From Longimicrobiales bacterium (GTDB taxonomy: Bacteria > Gemmatimonadota > Gemmatimonadetes > Longimicrobiales > Gaopeijiaceae): a DNA stretch of 64,000 nucleotides. Below are positions 49,188 through 58,389 of this stretch, piece by piece (positions within the stretch are counted from its first letter, which is position 1; each line of letters opens with the position of its first letter). Both the position numbers and the translations under genes were made by a program. The DNA is taken from contig CBDBCF010000001.1 of assembly GCA_965202985.1 (NCBI GenBank), forward strand, positions 416,001 through 480,000, read 5' to 3'. The notes beneath the pieces were generated by a model. It saw only the letters and a list, made by a program, of their open reading frames with translations. It ran no database searches and had not been told where the DNA came from.

Positions 49188-50171
49188 ATGGGAGACCCGA
49201 AGATGAAGGCGGCGCCTGACGACCCGACGGCAACCGAACCGGCTCTACGCGCCCCGGACGAGCTTGGCGCGCACGTCTCCGTGGCGGGCGGCCCCGAGAA
49301 GGCGCCTGGGCGCGCTGCGGAGATCGGCGCCGTCGTGCTCCAGATGTTTACGAAGGCACCCAGCCGGTGGGACGACCCGGCGTGGCCCGCGGGCACGGGC
49401 GCTCGATTCCGAGCCGAAGCCGCGCGGGCCGGCGTGGTCTACGCCGCCACTCACGACTCCTACTTGATCAACATGGCGTCGCCCGATCCGGTCTTGCGGG
49501 AGCGCTCGGTGGTGGCGTTCCGGCGCGAGTTGGAGCGGGCCGGGCGGCTGGGACTGGACGCGGTGGTGACGCATCCGGGGAACGCCACGGACGGAGACAA
49601 GGCCTCGGGCGTCGATCGGAACGCGGAGGCGGTCGCGGAGGCCATTGAAGGGGCGAGCGGAGCGGGCACCACCGCCGGCGGAGCGTCCTCGGGCGACGGG
49701 GATGCGGGCTCGGGCGGACCGCGCGTGCTGTTGGAGCTCACGGCGGGGGCGGGCACGTCGGTCGGGGGGACCTTCGAGGAGTTGGCGACGATCATTCGTC
49801 GGGTGCCGGAGCCGTGGCGGCGGCGGGTCGGCGTCTGCTTCGACACGTGCCACGCGTGGGTGGGCGGCTACGACCTGGTGGCGGACTTCGACGGCGTCGT
49901 GGCGCGCATGGACGACGCCTTCGGGGCGGACCGGATCGGGCTCTTTCACCTGAACGACGCCAAGACGCCCTTCGGGTCTCGCCGGGACCGTCACGAGCAC
50001 ATCGGCCAGGGCTCCATGGGCGAGGAACCGTTCCGGCGGCTGCTGAACTCGGACCGGTTCCGACACGTGCCCAAGGTCCTGGAGACGCCCAAGGGCGGGG
50101 ACGCGACGAAGTCGGACCGGGCGAACTTGGCCGTGCTGCGGGGCCTGCGCCTCGACGTCTCGGGATCGTAG
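49188..50171 (+). CDS. nfo: Endonuclease IV (deoxyribonuclease IV)
   Basis: LGAHVSVAGG, HDSYLINMAS, CFDTCH, HLNDAK...DRHEHIGQG, LETPK. Confidence 0.95.
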   Translation: MGDPKMKAAPDDPTATEPALRAPDELGAHVSVAGGPEKAPGRAAEIGAVVLQMFTKAPSRWDDPAWPAGTGARFRAEAARAGVVYAATHDSYLINMASPDPVLRERSVVAFRRELERAGRLGLDAVVTHPGNATDGDKASGVDRNAEAVAEAIEGASGAGTTAGGASSGDGDAGSGGPRVLLELTAGAGTSVGGTFEELATIIRRVPEPWRRRVGVCFDTCHAWVGGYDLVADFDGVVARMDDAFGADRIGLFHLNDAKTPFGSRRDRHEHIGQGSMGEEPFRRLLNSDRFRHVPKVLETPKGGDATKSDRANLAVLRGLRLDVSGS

Positions 50172-50183
50172 CCGCCGGGTCAA

Positions 50184-50768
50184 ATGTCGTTCGCCGTCAC
50201 GCGCACGCCGATCTCGGACCTGCTGATCGTGGAGCCCCAGGTGCACGGCGACGACCGCGGGCATCTCTACGAGGTCTTCTCGGGACCACGCTTCGCCGCC
50301 TTGGGGCTGCCGGACGCCTTCGTGCAGGAGAACCACTCCCGGTCGCGACGGGGCGTGGTGCGGGGGCTGCACTTCCAGTGGGACCCGCCGATGGGCAAGA
50401 TGATGCGGGCCACGCTGGGCGCCGTGTTCCTGGTGGCCGTGGACATCCGCAAGGGATCTCCCACGCTGGGCAAGTGGTTCGGCATGGAGGCCAGTGCCGA
50501 ATCGAAGCGCCAGCTTTGGGCGCCGGCCGGGTTCGCCCGGGGGTTCTGTGGGCTGAGCGCGTGGGCCGAAGTCCAGTACTTGTGCACGGGGCCGTACAAT
50601 CCGGCGTGCGAGTCGGGCATCCGGTGGAACGACCCGGAGGTGGGCGTGGCGTGGCCCGTGCCAGGCGGCGAAGCCCCGTTGCTGTCGTCCAAGGACCGAC
50701 AAGCGGGAACGCTGGCCGACTGGCTGGCCCGCCCCGAGTCGGAGCTGTTCGTCTACGAGCCGGGCTGA
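50184..50768 (+). CDS. rmlC: dTDP-4-dehydrorhamnose 3,5-epimerase
   Basis: DDRG, FVQENHSRS, VRGLHFQ, VDIRKGSPTLGKW, PAGFARGF, GIRWNDP, LSSKD. Confidence 0.93.
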   Translation: MSFAVTRTPISDLLIVEPQVHGDDRGHLYEVFSGPRFAALGLPDAFVQENHSRSRRGVVRGLHFQWDPPMGKMMRATLGAVFLVAVDIRKGSPTLGKWFGMEASAESKRQLWAPAGFARGFCGLSAWAEVQYLCTGPYNPACESGIRWNDPEVGVAWPVPGGEAPLLSSKDRQAGTLADWLARPESELFVYEPG

Positions 50769-51778
50769 CGGCGGCGGGAAGACGAGGCCGGTCCGACACG
50801 GGCGCCGATGCGGTCCGCGATTCGGCGGCGCAGGTCGTCCAGCTTGTCGGACTCCCATGTTATGTGGTGATACTGCCTCGTGTCGAAATGCAGCTTATTG
50901 ATGCAGTCCTTGCGACATGTGGAGAAGACTTCGATCCCGAGGCCGCGAGCAAAGCCGGCCTCGAAGTAGACGCTGCCCCGAATGCCGTCCTCGCCGTGCG
51001 TGAAGTCCGCCAGCACGAAGCGGCATCGGCGAATGCCGGCCATGATCGCGTCGTCGATCTTGTCCACGTTCTTTTCTCGATCGATCCGGACCGCCTTGTA
51101 TCCTGCGTCCTCGATTCCCGGCCTGATCCCTTGATCGTACACTGCGTCCATCGACTCGTCGAGCCACATCGCCACGAACGCCTCGTTTGATTCGGAATCC
51201 GGGGGACTGTCGAGGGCGGCGTAGCCTTGAACCGTCACCTCGACGCTGTAGTTCGGGTCGGTTGGTGGCCTTGCGATACGGATCCAGTTCTTGTCGGCCA
51301 GGTATTGACATAGGAATTTCAGCTCGTCAGCCGTCGTCGATTCCGACCATGCCAATGCTCTCTGGCCTACTTCCGACATCTGCGGGGGTGCATTCGGGCC
51401 GCTCGTATAGTGGTAGAGGGTGATGTCTTGGCCGATCGCCGGCGACCAGCGTGCAAGCTGTTTCATTAGTCGCTGGACGCGATCGGGGACCGAGAGACTT
51501 GCGGCCAGCACGTCATGGGCGTCGGTCTCAAGCCATTCCAGGGTAATCACCAGGGGGCGACCCGTCTCCTGCCGATGGTCGATCAGGCGAGTCGTTAGGC
51601 GCGCCTTCGCCGCATCCTCCGACAACACCCTAACCTGCTCCAGTAGGTTCGCAGCTGCCTCTGTGATCCCGTAACATCCGCCGGCTCGCGACGAGTCTAC
51701 CCACCACAGAGCTTTTCTCTCGTCCCCATGAAGGTCGGCTCGGCAATCCGGCCAGATAAAGCAACGGCCATTCGTCAT
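50753..51778 (-). CDS. Hypothetical protein with C-terminal nucleoside 2-deoxyribosyltransferase/TIR-like domain
   Basis: AFVAMW, RID....KIDD.I...IRRCRFVLADFT, RGSVYFEAGFARGLG, HFDTRQY. The middle region looks winged-helix-like (ELKFLCQYL..KNWI...EVTVQGY). Lower GC. Confidence 0.8.
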   Translation of the reverse strand: MTNGRCFIWPDCRADLHGDERKALWWVDSSRAGGCYGITEAAANLLEQVRVLSEDAAKARLTTRLIDHRQETGRPLVITLEWLETDAHDVLAASLSVPDRVQRLMKQLARWSPAIGQDITLYHYTSGPNAPPQMSEVGQRALAWSESTTADELKFLCQYLADKNWIRIARPPTDPNYSVEVTVQGYAALDSPPDSESNEAFVAMWLDESMDAVYDQGIRPGIEDAGYKAVRIDREKNVDKIDDAIMAGIRRCRFVLADFTHGEDGIRGSVYFEAGFARGLGIEVFSTCRKDCINKLHFDTRQYHHITWESDKLDDLRRRIADRIGARVGPASSSRRRQPGS

Positions 51779-51798
51779 CGCACTTCTCCGGGCGAGCC

Positions 51799-52611
51799 CT
51801 ACCGCCGCCGCTCCCGCTGCGCCGCCGCTTTCTCGACGAGCCGCCGCAGCTCGGCGATGGGCTCCGGGTGGTCGTCCACTTGCAGGCGCAGCACCACGTC
51901 GTTGTTGAGCCAGACGCCGCCGTCTTCTTGGACTACCAGCATGGCCGCCGACTGCATTCCGCGGGTGTCGCCGCCAGCGGCTTGGCCTGCTTCGAGGGCG
52001 GCTTGGAGTCGGAGGGAGATGTGCCCCTGGGTGGACTCGAAGGCGGCCACCATGTCGTCCACGACCGCCGGCCCGGCCAAGATGTTGCCCTGGGCGGAGC
52101 AGTGCTCGCCGATTCGGTGGCCCGCCCACTCGCTGGCTCGGGGACCCGTGTGGGTCGCGACCTCGCCGGCGGCGTTCATGACGGAGAACTGGCGACCCAG
52201 CTTGGTCCAGCGTTCGGGGTCGGGATCGGGGTCGCGGGAGAGGACCTCGCGGACCACCTCGTCCGGGGACAGGCCCTGCCGCAGCAGCTCCAGCGCCTGG
52301 GGGCCGTAGCTCACGTCCACGATCGCCTGGGTGGCGACCACGCCCACGCCGGCTTCGCCCCAGACCACGCCGTTGCCCACAGAGAAGACACGGGACTGGA
52401 CGGCCACGCCCACTTCGCCGGTGGCCGGATCGAAGCCGACGATCGAGAAGGTGGCAGCGGGCGGCCAAGGAGCGGCGGGAAGGTCTTGGGCGACAAGGGC
52501 GACGAGCGGTCGGAGTGGGGCGGCGCCGAGGGCGGCCATGACCACGGCGGCCACGACGGCAACGGTCGGCGCAACCGGCGCCGGACGGGGGGTGCACGGC
52601 GGAACGGTCAT
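51799..52611 (-). CDS. DUF1028 domain protein (Ntn-hydrolase-like), exported
   Basis: ATFSIVGFDPATGEVGVAVQS, GVVATQA, QGNILAG, AGGDTRGMQSAA, LQVDDHPEPIAEL. Confidence 0.9.
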   Translation of the reverse strand: MTVPPCTPRPAPVAPTVAVVAAVVMAALGAAPLRPLVALVAQDLPAAPWPPAATFSIVGFDPATGEVGVAVQSRVFSVGNGVVWGEAGVGVVATQAIVDVSYGPQALELLRQGLSPDEVVREVLSRDPDPDPERWTKLGRQFSVMNAAGEVATHTGPRASEWAGHRIGEHCSAQGNILAGPAVVDDMVAAFESTQGHISLRLQAALEAGQAAGGDTRGMQSAAMLVVQEDGGVWLNNDVVLRLQVDDHPEPIAELRRLVEKAAAQRERRR

Positions 52612-52816
52612 GTCGTCTCCAGGTTCATGTGCGCGGCGGTCGGTGGGGGCGGTTCGGGCGCAATGCTCCGGCAGCGGCGCGTCCGCTCGGCCTCGGGACG
52701 CGACGTTCCAAGGGTCTCGGAAGCTTCCCCGCTTCCCGGCCTTCGAGCAAGGGCGGCGGGCGTCCGGGCGAACTCGATGGTGTCTCGCAGGACCGGGCTG
52801 TTCCATTTGACTGCAC

Positions 52817-53860
52817 TTGCATCGGGCGAAAGGTTACGGGACTCGTCCTGCCCTTTCCTCGCGCCGAGTTTCGTCGTTGCCTGCACTTCCCACGCGGCCA
52901 CTGGGGTTCGGCGAACTGCTGGACCTGTCGTTTCAGGTGTACAGGCGGGATTTCCTGGACTACACGCTGATCGCCGCCGCCGGACAGGCGCCCGCTCACG
53001 CGCTGGTCAGCCTCGGCTTGCTGACCATCGAGCCTTTGGCGGTCGGGCAGCCGCTAGGTCCCGGTCAGCTTTCCTCGGCCTTCATTGGGACCGGGGTCGC
53101 TGCGTTGATCTTCTCGGCGATCGCGTGGACGGCTTTGGCTTCGGCGATCGCGGGGCGGATCAAGGCGGGCGACGCCGACCAGGATGGACCGGGCGACGGA
53201 GGGCCCGGGTTCGGGGCAAGCTATCGCCTGGCCCTGCGCCGGCTCCCGACGTTCTTGGCCGCCGGGGTCTTGGCAGCGCTGCTGCTGACCGTCGTCTTTT
53301 TCGTCCCAGCCTTCGTCTCGGTGCTCGCAGGCGTGCTCATGGGGTCGTTCGTGGTCGGGGTCGCGCTGACGATCTTCTGCACCTTGGCCGGCTTCATGTG
53401 GTGGGCATCGTCGGTCTTTGGACTGCTGCCCGCCGTCGTCGTCGAGGGCTGCGGCCCCGTGGGCGCGTTGCGTCGCTCGTTTGCGCTGGCCCGAGGCGGG
53501 CGCTTCCGCATCTTCGGGACGCTGGCGGTCGTGGGCGTCATGCTCGCCTTGCCGGACTTGGCGCTTCAATCGTTCGCATACGGCGTGTCCAGCGTGTTCG
53601 CGGCCGAACCAGCGGGCGTCGTGAGCAACGCCAAGTACTGGGGCGTCTCCACGGGTTCGTTCGTCCTGTCGTCCGTGACCACGCCGCTCATGGTCTCGTG
53701 CGTGATGCTGGTCCACTACGACCGGCGGGTGCGTCGCGAGGGCTACGACCTGGAGGCCGCGGCGGCTTCCCTTGCCGCGACGGCGCCTCGTTCCGCGACG
53801 GCGCCTCGTTCCAGTACGAGGGCCGGCGCCGGGGCGGCTTCCCCTGCGGACCGCTCGTAG
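52817..53860 (+). CDS. Multi-pass membrane protein of the MoxR-associated cluster
   Basis: RPLGFGELLD.SF..YRR, several TMs, ALRRSFAL..G, HYDRRVRREGYDL. Start uncertain. Confidence 0.8.
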   Translation: MHRAKGYGTRPALSSRRVSSLPALPTRPLGFGELLDLSFQVYRRDFLDYTLIAAAGQAPAHALVSLGLLTIEPLAVGQPLGPGQLSSAFIGTGVAALIFSAIAWTALASAIAGRIKAGDADQDGPGDGGPGFGASYRLALRRLPTFLAAGVLAALLLTVVFFVPAFVSVLAGVLMGSFVVGVALTIFCTLAGFMWWASSVFGLLPAVVVEGCGPVGALRRSFALARGGRFRIFGTLAVVGVMLALPDLALQSFAYGVSSVFAAEPAGVVSNAKYWGVSTGSFVLSSVTTPLMVSCVMLVHYDRRVRREGYDLEAAAASLAATAPRSATAPRSSTRAGAGAASPADRS

Positions 53861-53861
53861 C

Positions 53862-54575
53862 TTGGTCCGGGAAGGGGCGGACTCGATCCAGGAGGGGTCT
53901 TTCGCCGTCCAGGAGGCAGCGTCCGCGTACCCCGGCGATGTGCGCACCTACGACGAGGTGTCCGGCGCACTGGCGGAGATACTTCGCGGACCCGATTTCC
54001 AAGTGGCGGAGCCCGGCTGGTTCGACCGCACGATGATGGCGATCCTCGAGGCCTTGGGCGAACTGCTGGGCGAAATCGGGCTGCGGATCGGCGACGGCCC
54101 GGGCGTGATCGCGGCGTGGGCGCTGGGGGGCGCGGCGGCGGTCGTGCTGGCCGTGGCGCTGGGCAGCGTGTTGCGCCGGCTGATCGGTCGACTGCGAGGT
54201 CGCAAACAGAGGTTGGTCGAGGGCCCGGAGAGCTTCCGAACCACCGCCGGCTGGTGGCGGGTCGCCGCCGAGAAGGCCGAGCAAGGGGACTATCGCGGCG
54301 CGGCCACCGCACTGTACCAAGGCGTCCTGCTGGCGCTGGACGGCGACGGCGTGGTGGCGTTCCATCCGTCCAAGACTCCGGGCGAGTACGCGGCGGAAGC
54401 AGGGGCGAAGCCGGCGGGAGGAGACGCCAAGCGGTTCCTGGGGGCGTTCCAGCGCGTCTCGTTTGGTCGCCGGGTCCCCGCCGCCGAAGCGTACCGGCGC
54501 CTGGAACGCCTTGCACGGGGGCTGGCCGGGCTCGGGCAGGCGTCGAACGCCGCCTCCGCGGGCCGGGCCCGATGA
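53862..54575 (+). CDS. DUF4129 domain membrane protein
   Basis: One TM, then A..GDYRGA...LY...L..L.......KTPGEY...F.RVSFG. Start uncertain. Confidence 0.78.
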   Translation: MVREGADSIQEGSFAVQEAASAYPGDVRTYDEVSGALAEILRGPDFQVAEPGWFDRTMMAILEALGELLGEIGLRIGDGPGVIAAWALGGAAAVVLAVALGSVLRRLIGRLRGRKQRLVEGPESFRTTAGWWRVAAEKAEQGDYRGAATALYQGVLLALDGDGVVAFHPSKTPGEYAAEAGAKPAGGDAKRFLGAFQRVSFGRRVPAAEAYRRLERLARGLAGLGQASNAASAGRAR

Positions 54576-55819
54576 GCCGCCCGGCTGGACCGTTGGCGGG
54601 ACGAGGAGGCGCCGTGGCCTGCACCGTCGCGGTGCTGGGGCTGACCGCCCTGGCGGTGCTCGTCGCCCGGCCGCGCACGGGCCAAGTGGCGCTGGGCGGC
54701 GACGTGCGAAGCTCGTTTCGGACGACCCCGGACGGGGTGGCCGCGCTGTACGCCGCGGTCTCGGCGCTGGGGGTTCCGGCGGCGCCCCGCATGACTCCGC
54801 TCGCGGACGCGGACTCCATTCGGGGGCCGCTCGTGCTGCTGGAACCGACCGAGAGGCCCAGCCCGCGCGAGGTGCACGCGCTTCTCGACTGGGTCCGGCA
54901 GGGAGGCACGCTGCTCTACGCGCCCCGGATCGAGGCGCGCAGTGCGCCGGCGGTGCTGGACTCGCTGGGGCTCGTCGTCCGGCAACCGGAGTCAGGCGCG
55001 CGCAACCTCCGATGGATACCCCACCGCTTCACCGTGGACCTGCCGCCGCCTCGTCTTGTCCGCCGCCTCGTCGCGGTGCCGGCGGAGGCGGACACGCCGT
55101 CGCAGCCGGATGCGCCGTCGCAAGCCGATCCGGCGCCACGCCCGCCGCCAGCCCCCATGCAACCGCTTCTGTCGGCCGACGCCCCCGACAGCGCGACGGG
55201 CGCGGCAGCGGCGGTGATCGCGCTGGGTCGGGGCCGCATCGTCGCGTTCGCGGACGCGGAACCGCTCTCCAACGAACACGCGGGCGAGGACCCGCTGGCG
55301 GTCCTGGCGTTGCGCGCCGTGCTCGCGTTCACGCCTCCCGGCGACACGGTCTTCTTCGACGAGTTCCACCACGGCGTGCGCGGGCTGGGTTCCCCGGCGG
55401 AAGCAGCGACGGCCTTCGTTCTGGGCACCGACGGCGGACGCGCCCTTCTCCACCTGGGCATCGTGGTGCTGCTGGCCCTGGCAGTGGCGGGCGCGCGCCT
55501 GGGAGCGCCGTCCGACCCGCTGCCCGACGAACGTCGCTCCCCCCTGGAGCACGTATCCGCCCTGGCCCGCCTCTACCAAACCGCCGGCGCTCGCGACACG
55601 GCGGCGCTTCTGCTCCTGGCTCGAGCGGCTCGCGCCGCGGGGAGAGCGCCGCCCAAGACCCTCCCGGAAGCCCAGGCGATGATCGAGGCGATGCGAGTCC
55701 GCGGCGACTCCGAGCAGGCGTGTCGCTTGGTGCGGCAAGGGTTGCAGGCCCAGCCCCGAGATTTGAAGGTGATCGCAGCCGGAATCGACGAGTACTGTCA
55801 ACGAGGACGCCGCTCATGA
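54572..55819 (+). CDS. DUF4350 domain protein
   Basis: SSFRTTPDGVAALY, LLDWVRQGGTLL, LGRGRIV, VFFDEFHHG, EHVSALARLY. ATG overlaps the upstream stop. Confidence 0.82.
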   Translation: MSRPAGPLAGRGGAVACTVAVLGLTALAVLVARPRTGQVALGGDVRSSFRTTPDGVAALYAAVSALGVPAAPRMTPLADADSIRGPLVLLEPTERPSPREVHALLDWVRQGGTLLYAPRIEARSAPAVLDSLGLVVRQPESGARNLRWIPHRFTVDLPPPRLVRRLVAVPAEADTPSQPDAPSQADPAPRPPPAPMQPLLSADAPDSATGAAAAVIALGRGRIVAFADAEPLSNEHAGEDPLAVLALRAVLAFTPPGDTVFFDEFHHGVRGLGSPAEAATAFVLGTDGGRALLHLGIVVLLALAVAGARLGAPSDPLPDERRSPLEHVSALARLYQTAGARDTAALLLLARAARAAGRAPPKTLPEAQAMIEAMRVRGDSEQACRLVRQGLQAQPRDLKVIAAGIDEYCQRGRRS

Positions 55820-56910
55820 CGCGGAACCCCACGGAACCGCAACCGCAGGATCGGACGCCCGAGGGGGACGAAGGCGACGCGCCCGCCCCGGACGAACGGT
55901 CGGGACCGGACGGCTCGCCCGCCCTGGACGGCCAGCCCGAGCCGCCCGGCTCCCCCGCCCCGCCCGGCCGCCCGGACGCCGCAGGCCGGTTGCTGGACGG
56001 GGTCGAGCAGGTCGTGCTGGGCCAGTCCGCCGTGGTGCGCCAGCTTCTGGTCACCTTGCTTGCCGGCGGTCACGCGCTGGTGGAGGGCGTGCCGGGGACG
56101 GCCAAGACGCTGGCGGTGCGGGCGCTGGCCAGGGGGATGGGGCTCGAGTTCGGAAGGGTCCAGTTCACGCCGGACCTGATGCCTGCGGACTTGGTGGGCG
56201 TGAACGTGCTGGACGAAGCGGCCCGCGACTTCGTGTACCGGCCCGGCCCCGTGTTCGCGGAACTGCTGCTGGCCGACGAGATCAACCGCGCGCCCCCCAA
56301 GACCCAGGCCGCGCTGCTGGAGGCCATGGCCGAACGCCAGGTCACGGTGGACGGCAAGACGCGCCCTTTGCCGGAGGCGTTCACGGTCTTCGCCACGCAG
56401 AACCCCGTCGAGCACGAGGGAACGTACCCCCTTCCCGAAGCCCAGGTGGACCGCTTCCTCATGAAGATCGTCGTGGACTACCCGCCGGAGGCAGCGGAGC
56501 GCAGCATCCTGGACCGCTACGACGCCGGCTTCCGCGCCAGCGACGAATCCACCTACCCGATAGTCGACGCCATGACCCGCGCCGAGCTGCTGGAGGCTCG
56601 CTGCCTTGCGGGTCGGCTTCACGTGGACGAACGCATCCGGCGCTACGTCACGAAGATCGTCCGCGCCACCCGGCAGGACGCCGCCTTCGCTCTGGGCACC
56701 AGTCCGCGGGCAGGCGTGGCGCTGTTCCAAGCCGCCCGCGCCCAGGCCTACTTGGACGGGCGCGACTTCGTGACTCCCGACGACGTGAAGCTGCTGTCGT
56801 TCCCGGTGCTCCGACACCGCGTCGTCCTTACGCCCGAGGCGGAAGTCGAGGGGCGGTCGTCCGACGACGAGCTGCGCGCGCTGCTGGAGACGCTGGAGGC
56901 GCCCCGGTAG
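55816..56910 (+). CDS. MoxR family AAA+ ATPase
   Basis: GHALVEGVPGTAKT, RVQFTPDLMPAD, LADEINRAPPKTQAALLEAM, ATQNPVEHEGTYPLPEAQVDRF. Confidence 0.95.
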   Translation: MTRNPTEPQPQDRTPEGDEGDAPAPDERSGPDGSPALDGQPEPPGSPAPPGRPDAAGRLLDGVEQVVLGQSAVVRQLLVTLLAGGHALVEGVPGTAKTLAVRALARGMGLEFGRVQFTPDLMPADLVGVNVLDEAARDFVYRPGPVFAELLLADEINRAPPKTQAALLEAMAERQVTVDGKTRPLPEAFTVFATQNPVEHEGTYPLPEAQVDRFLMKIVVDYPPEAAERSILDRYDAGFRASDESTYPIVDAMTRAELLEARCLAGRLHVDERIRRYVTKIVRATRQDAAFALGTSPRAGVALFQAARAQAYLDGRDFVTPDDVKLLSFPVLRHRVVLTPEAEVEGRSSDDELRALLETLEAPR

Positions 56911-56915
56911 CTGCC

Positions 56916-58367
56916 ATGCGCGGTCCAGGACATCGCGCCGGGATGGCGCCGTCCGCCCGAGGAGCAGCTTCGGCGTCCGCTCCGACGGTCGGCGACCCGG
57001 CCGAGAGCGTGCGCGAAGCAGCCCCCGCGGGCTTGGCGACGCAGCCGCGGATCCCCCTGCTCCCCAGTGTGCGAACGATCGCGCTGTTGGCGTCAGCATC
57101 GGCGTTCTTTCTGGCGTCCGCCGCCGCCGGGGCCGTCGCCGACCTGCTGATCCTGGCGCTGGCGTGGCTGGACGGGCGCCGCGCCGCCTTGCCCCGCTTG
57201 GTCCGCCGAGTCCCCCGGGCCGTCTTGCTCGGGGACGAGGCACGGGTCGTCCTGGAGGTGTCGAACCCCAGCCGACGGGCCGTTCGGATCCTGCTGACGG
57301 ACGACCTGGACTCGAGACTGGAGCGCCGGCCCGACCGCGAGTCCCCTGGCCCCGACGATTGGGAGCGCGGGGTCTCGGTCGATCTAGCCGAAAGGTCCTC
57401 GGTTCGGCTGACCTACCGGATTCGACCCCGGACGCGGGGGTTCCTGCGACTGGGCAGCGTTCACATGCGCTCGTTGGGAACCCTGGGACTGGCGTGGGCG
57501 CGAACGACCGTGGCCATGGAAGACACGTTGCGGGTCCAGCCCGGCGCCGCCGGTCGCTCCCGGTCCGTGCATCACGCCGTTCGCCGCCACCTGCGCGAAG
57601 CGGGACCGCGGCCCGTTCGCAGGCGGGGCGAAGGCCGCGAGTTCGAGAGCCTCCGCGAGTACGCCAAGGGCGACGATCCGCGGACGATCGACTGGAAGGC
57701 ATCGGCGCGGCATCGGGGGTTCGTGGTTCGGAGCTACCAGGCCGAACGCCACCAGAACGTGGTCCTGGCGATCGACGCCGGCCGCCACATGAGGGAGCGG
57801 GTCATGGACCGGGAGCGGGCCGACTTCGCCCTGGCCGCGGCGATGACGCTGGCCGGACGGGCCAAGCGCTGCGGCGACCGCGTGGGCACGCTGGTCTTCG
57901 ACGACCGGATCCGCCACGCTTCGCCGGCTCGGCGGCCGGACTTGGGGCGGATGGCCGACATGCTGGCCGGGGTCGAGACGCGGTTGGTGGAGCCCAACTA
58001 TCCGCTGGCCGCCGCCACGCTGGCCCGGACGTTCCGCAAGCGCTCCCTGGTGGTCCTCTTCTGCGACGTGATCGACGAGGCCGTGTCGCGGGCCCTGGTC
58101 GCCTCGCTGTCTCGGGTCGGCCGCGCCCACTTGCCTCTGGCCGTGGCGATCCGCAACCCGGCGCTGGAAGCGGCGGCGGCGCGCACTCCCGCGACCGAGG
58201 CGGAGGCGTTCCGGAGGGCCGCAGCCGAGGAGATGAGCCACGCGCGGGCCGTCGCCTTGGAACGGATGCGCCGCTCCGGCGTGCTGGTAGTGGACGCCGC
58301 GCCCGGCGAAGCCATGTCGCGCACCCTGGACAAGTACATGGAGGTCAAGGAGCGGGGACTGCTGTAG
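56916..58367 (+). CDS. DUF58 domain protein (vWA-like)
   Basis: GEGREFESLREYAKGDDPRTIDWKASAR, IDAGRHM, GDRVG. Confidence 0.92.
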   Translation: MRGPGHRAGMAPSARGAASASAPTVGDPAESVREAAPAGLATQPRIPLLPSVRTIALLASASAFFLASAAAGAVADLLILALAWLDGRRAALPRLVRRVPRAVLLGDEARVVLEVSNPSRRAVRILLTDDLDSRLERRPDRESPGPDDWERGVSVDLAERSSVRLTYRIRPRTRGFLRLGSVHMRSLGTLGLAWARTTVAMEDTLRVQPGAAGRSRSVHHAVRRHLREAGPRPVRRRGEGREFESLREYAKGDDPRTIDWKASARHRGFVVRSYQAERHQNVVLAIDAGRHMRERVMDRERADFALAAAMTLAGRAKRCGDRVGTLVFDDRIRHASPARRPDLGRMADMLAGVETRLVEPNYPLAAATLARTFRKRSLVVLFCDVIDEAVSRALVASLSRVGRAHLPLAVAIRNPALEAAAARTPATEAEAFRRAAAEEMSHARAVALERMRRSGVLVVDAAPGEAMSRTLDKYMEVKERGLL

Positions 58368-58389
58368 CGAAGTCGGCTGGCGGCAATAG

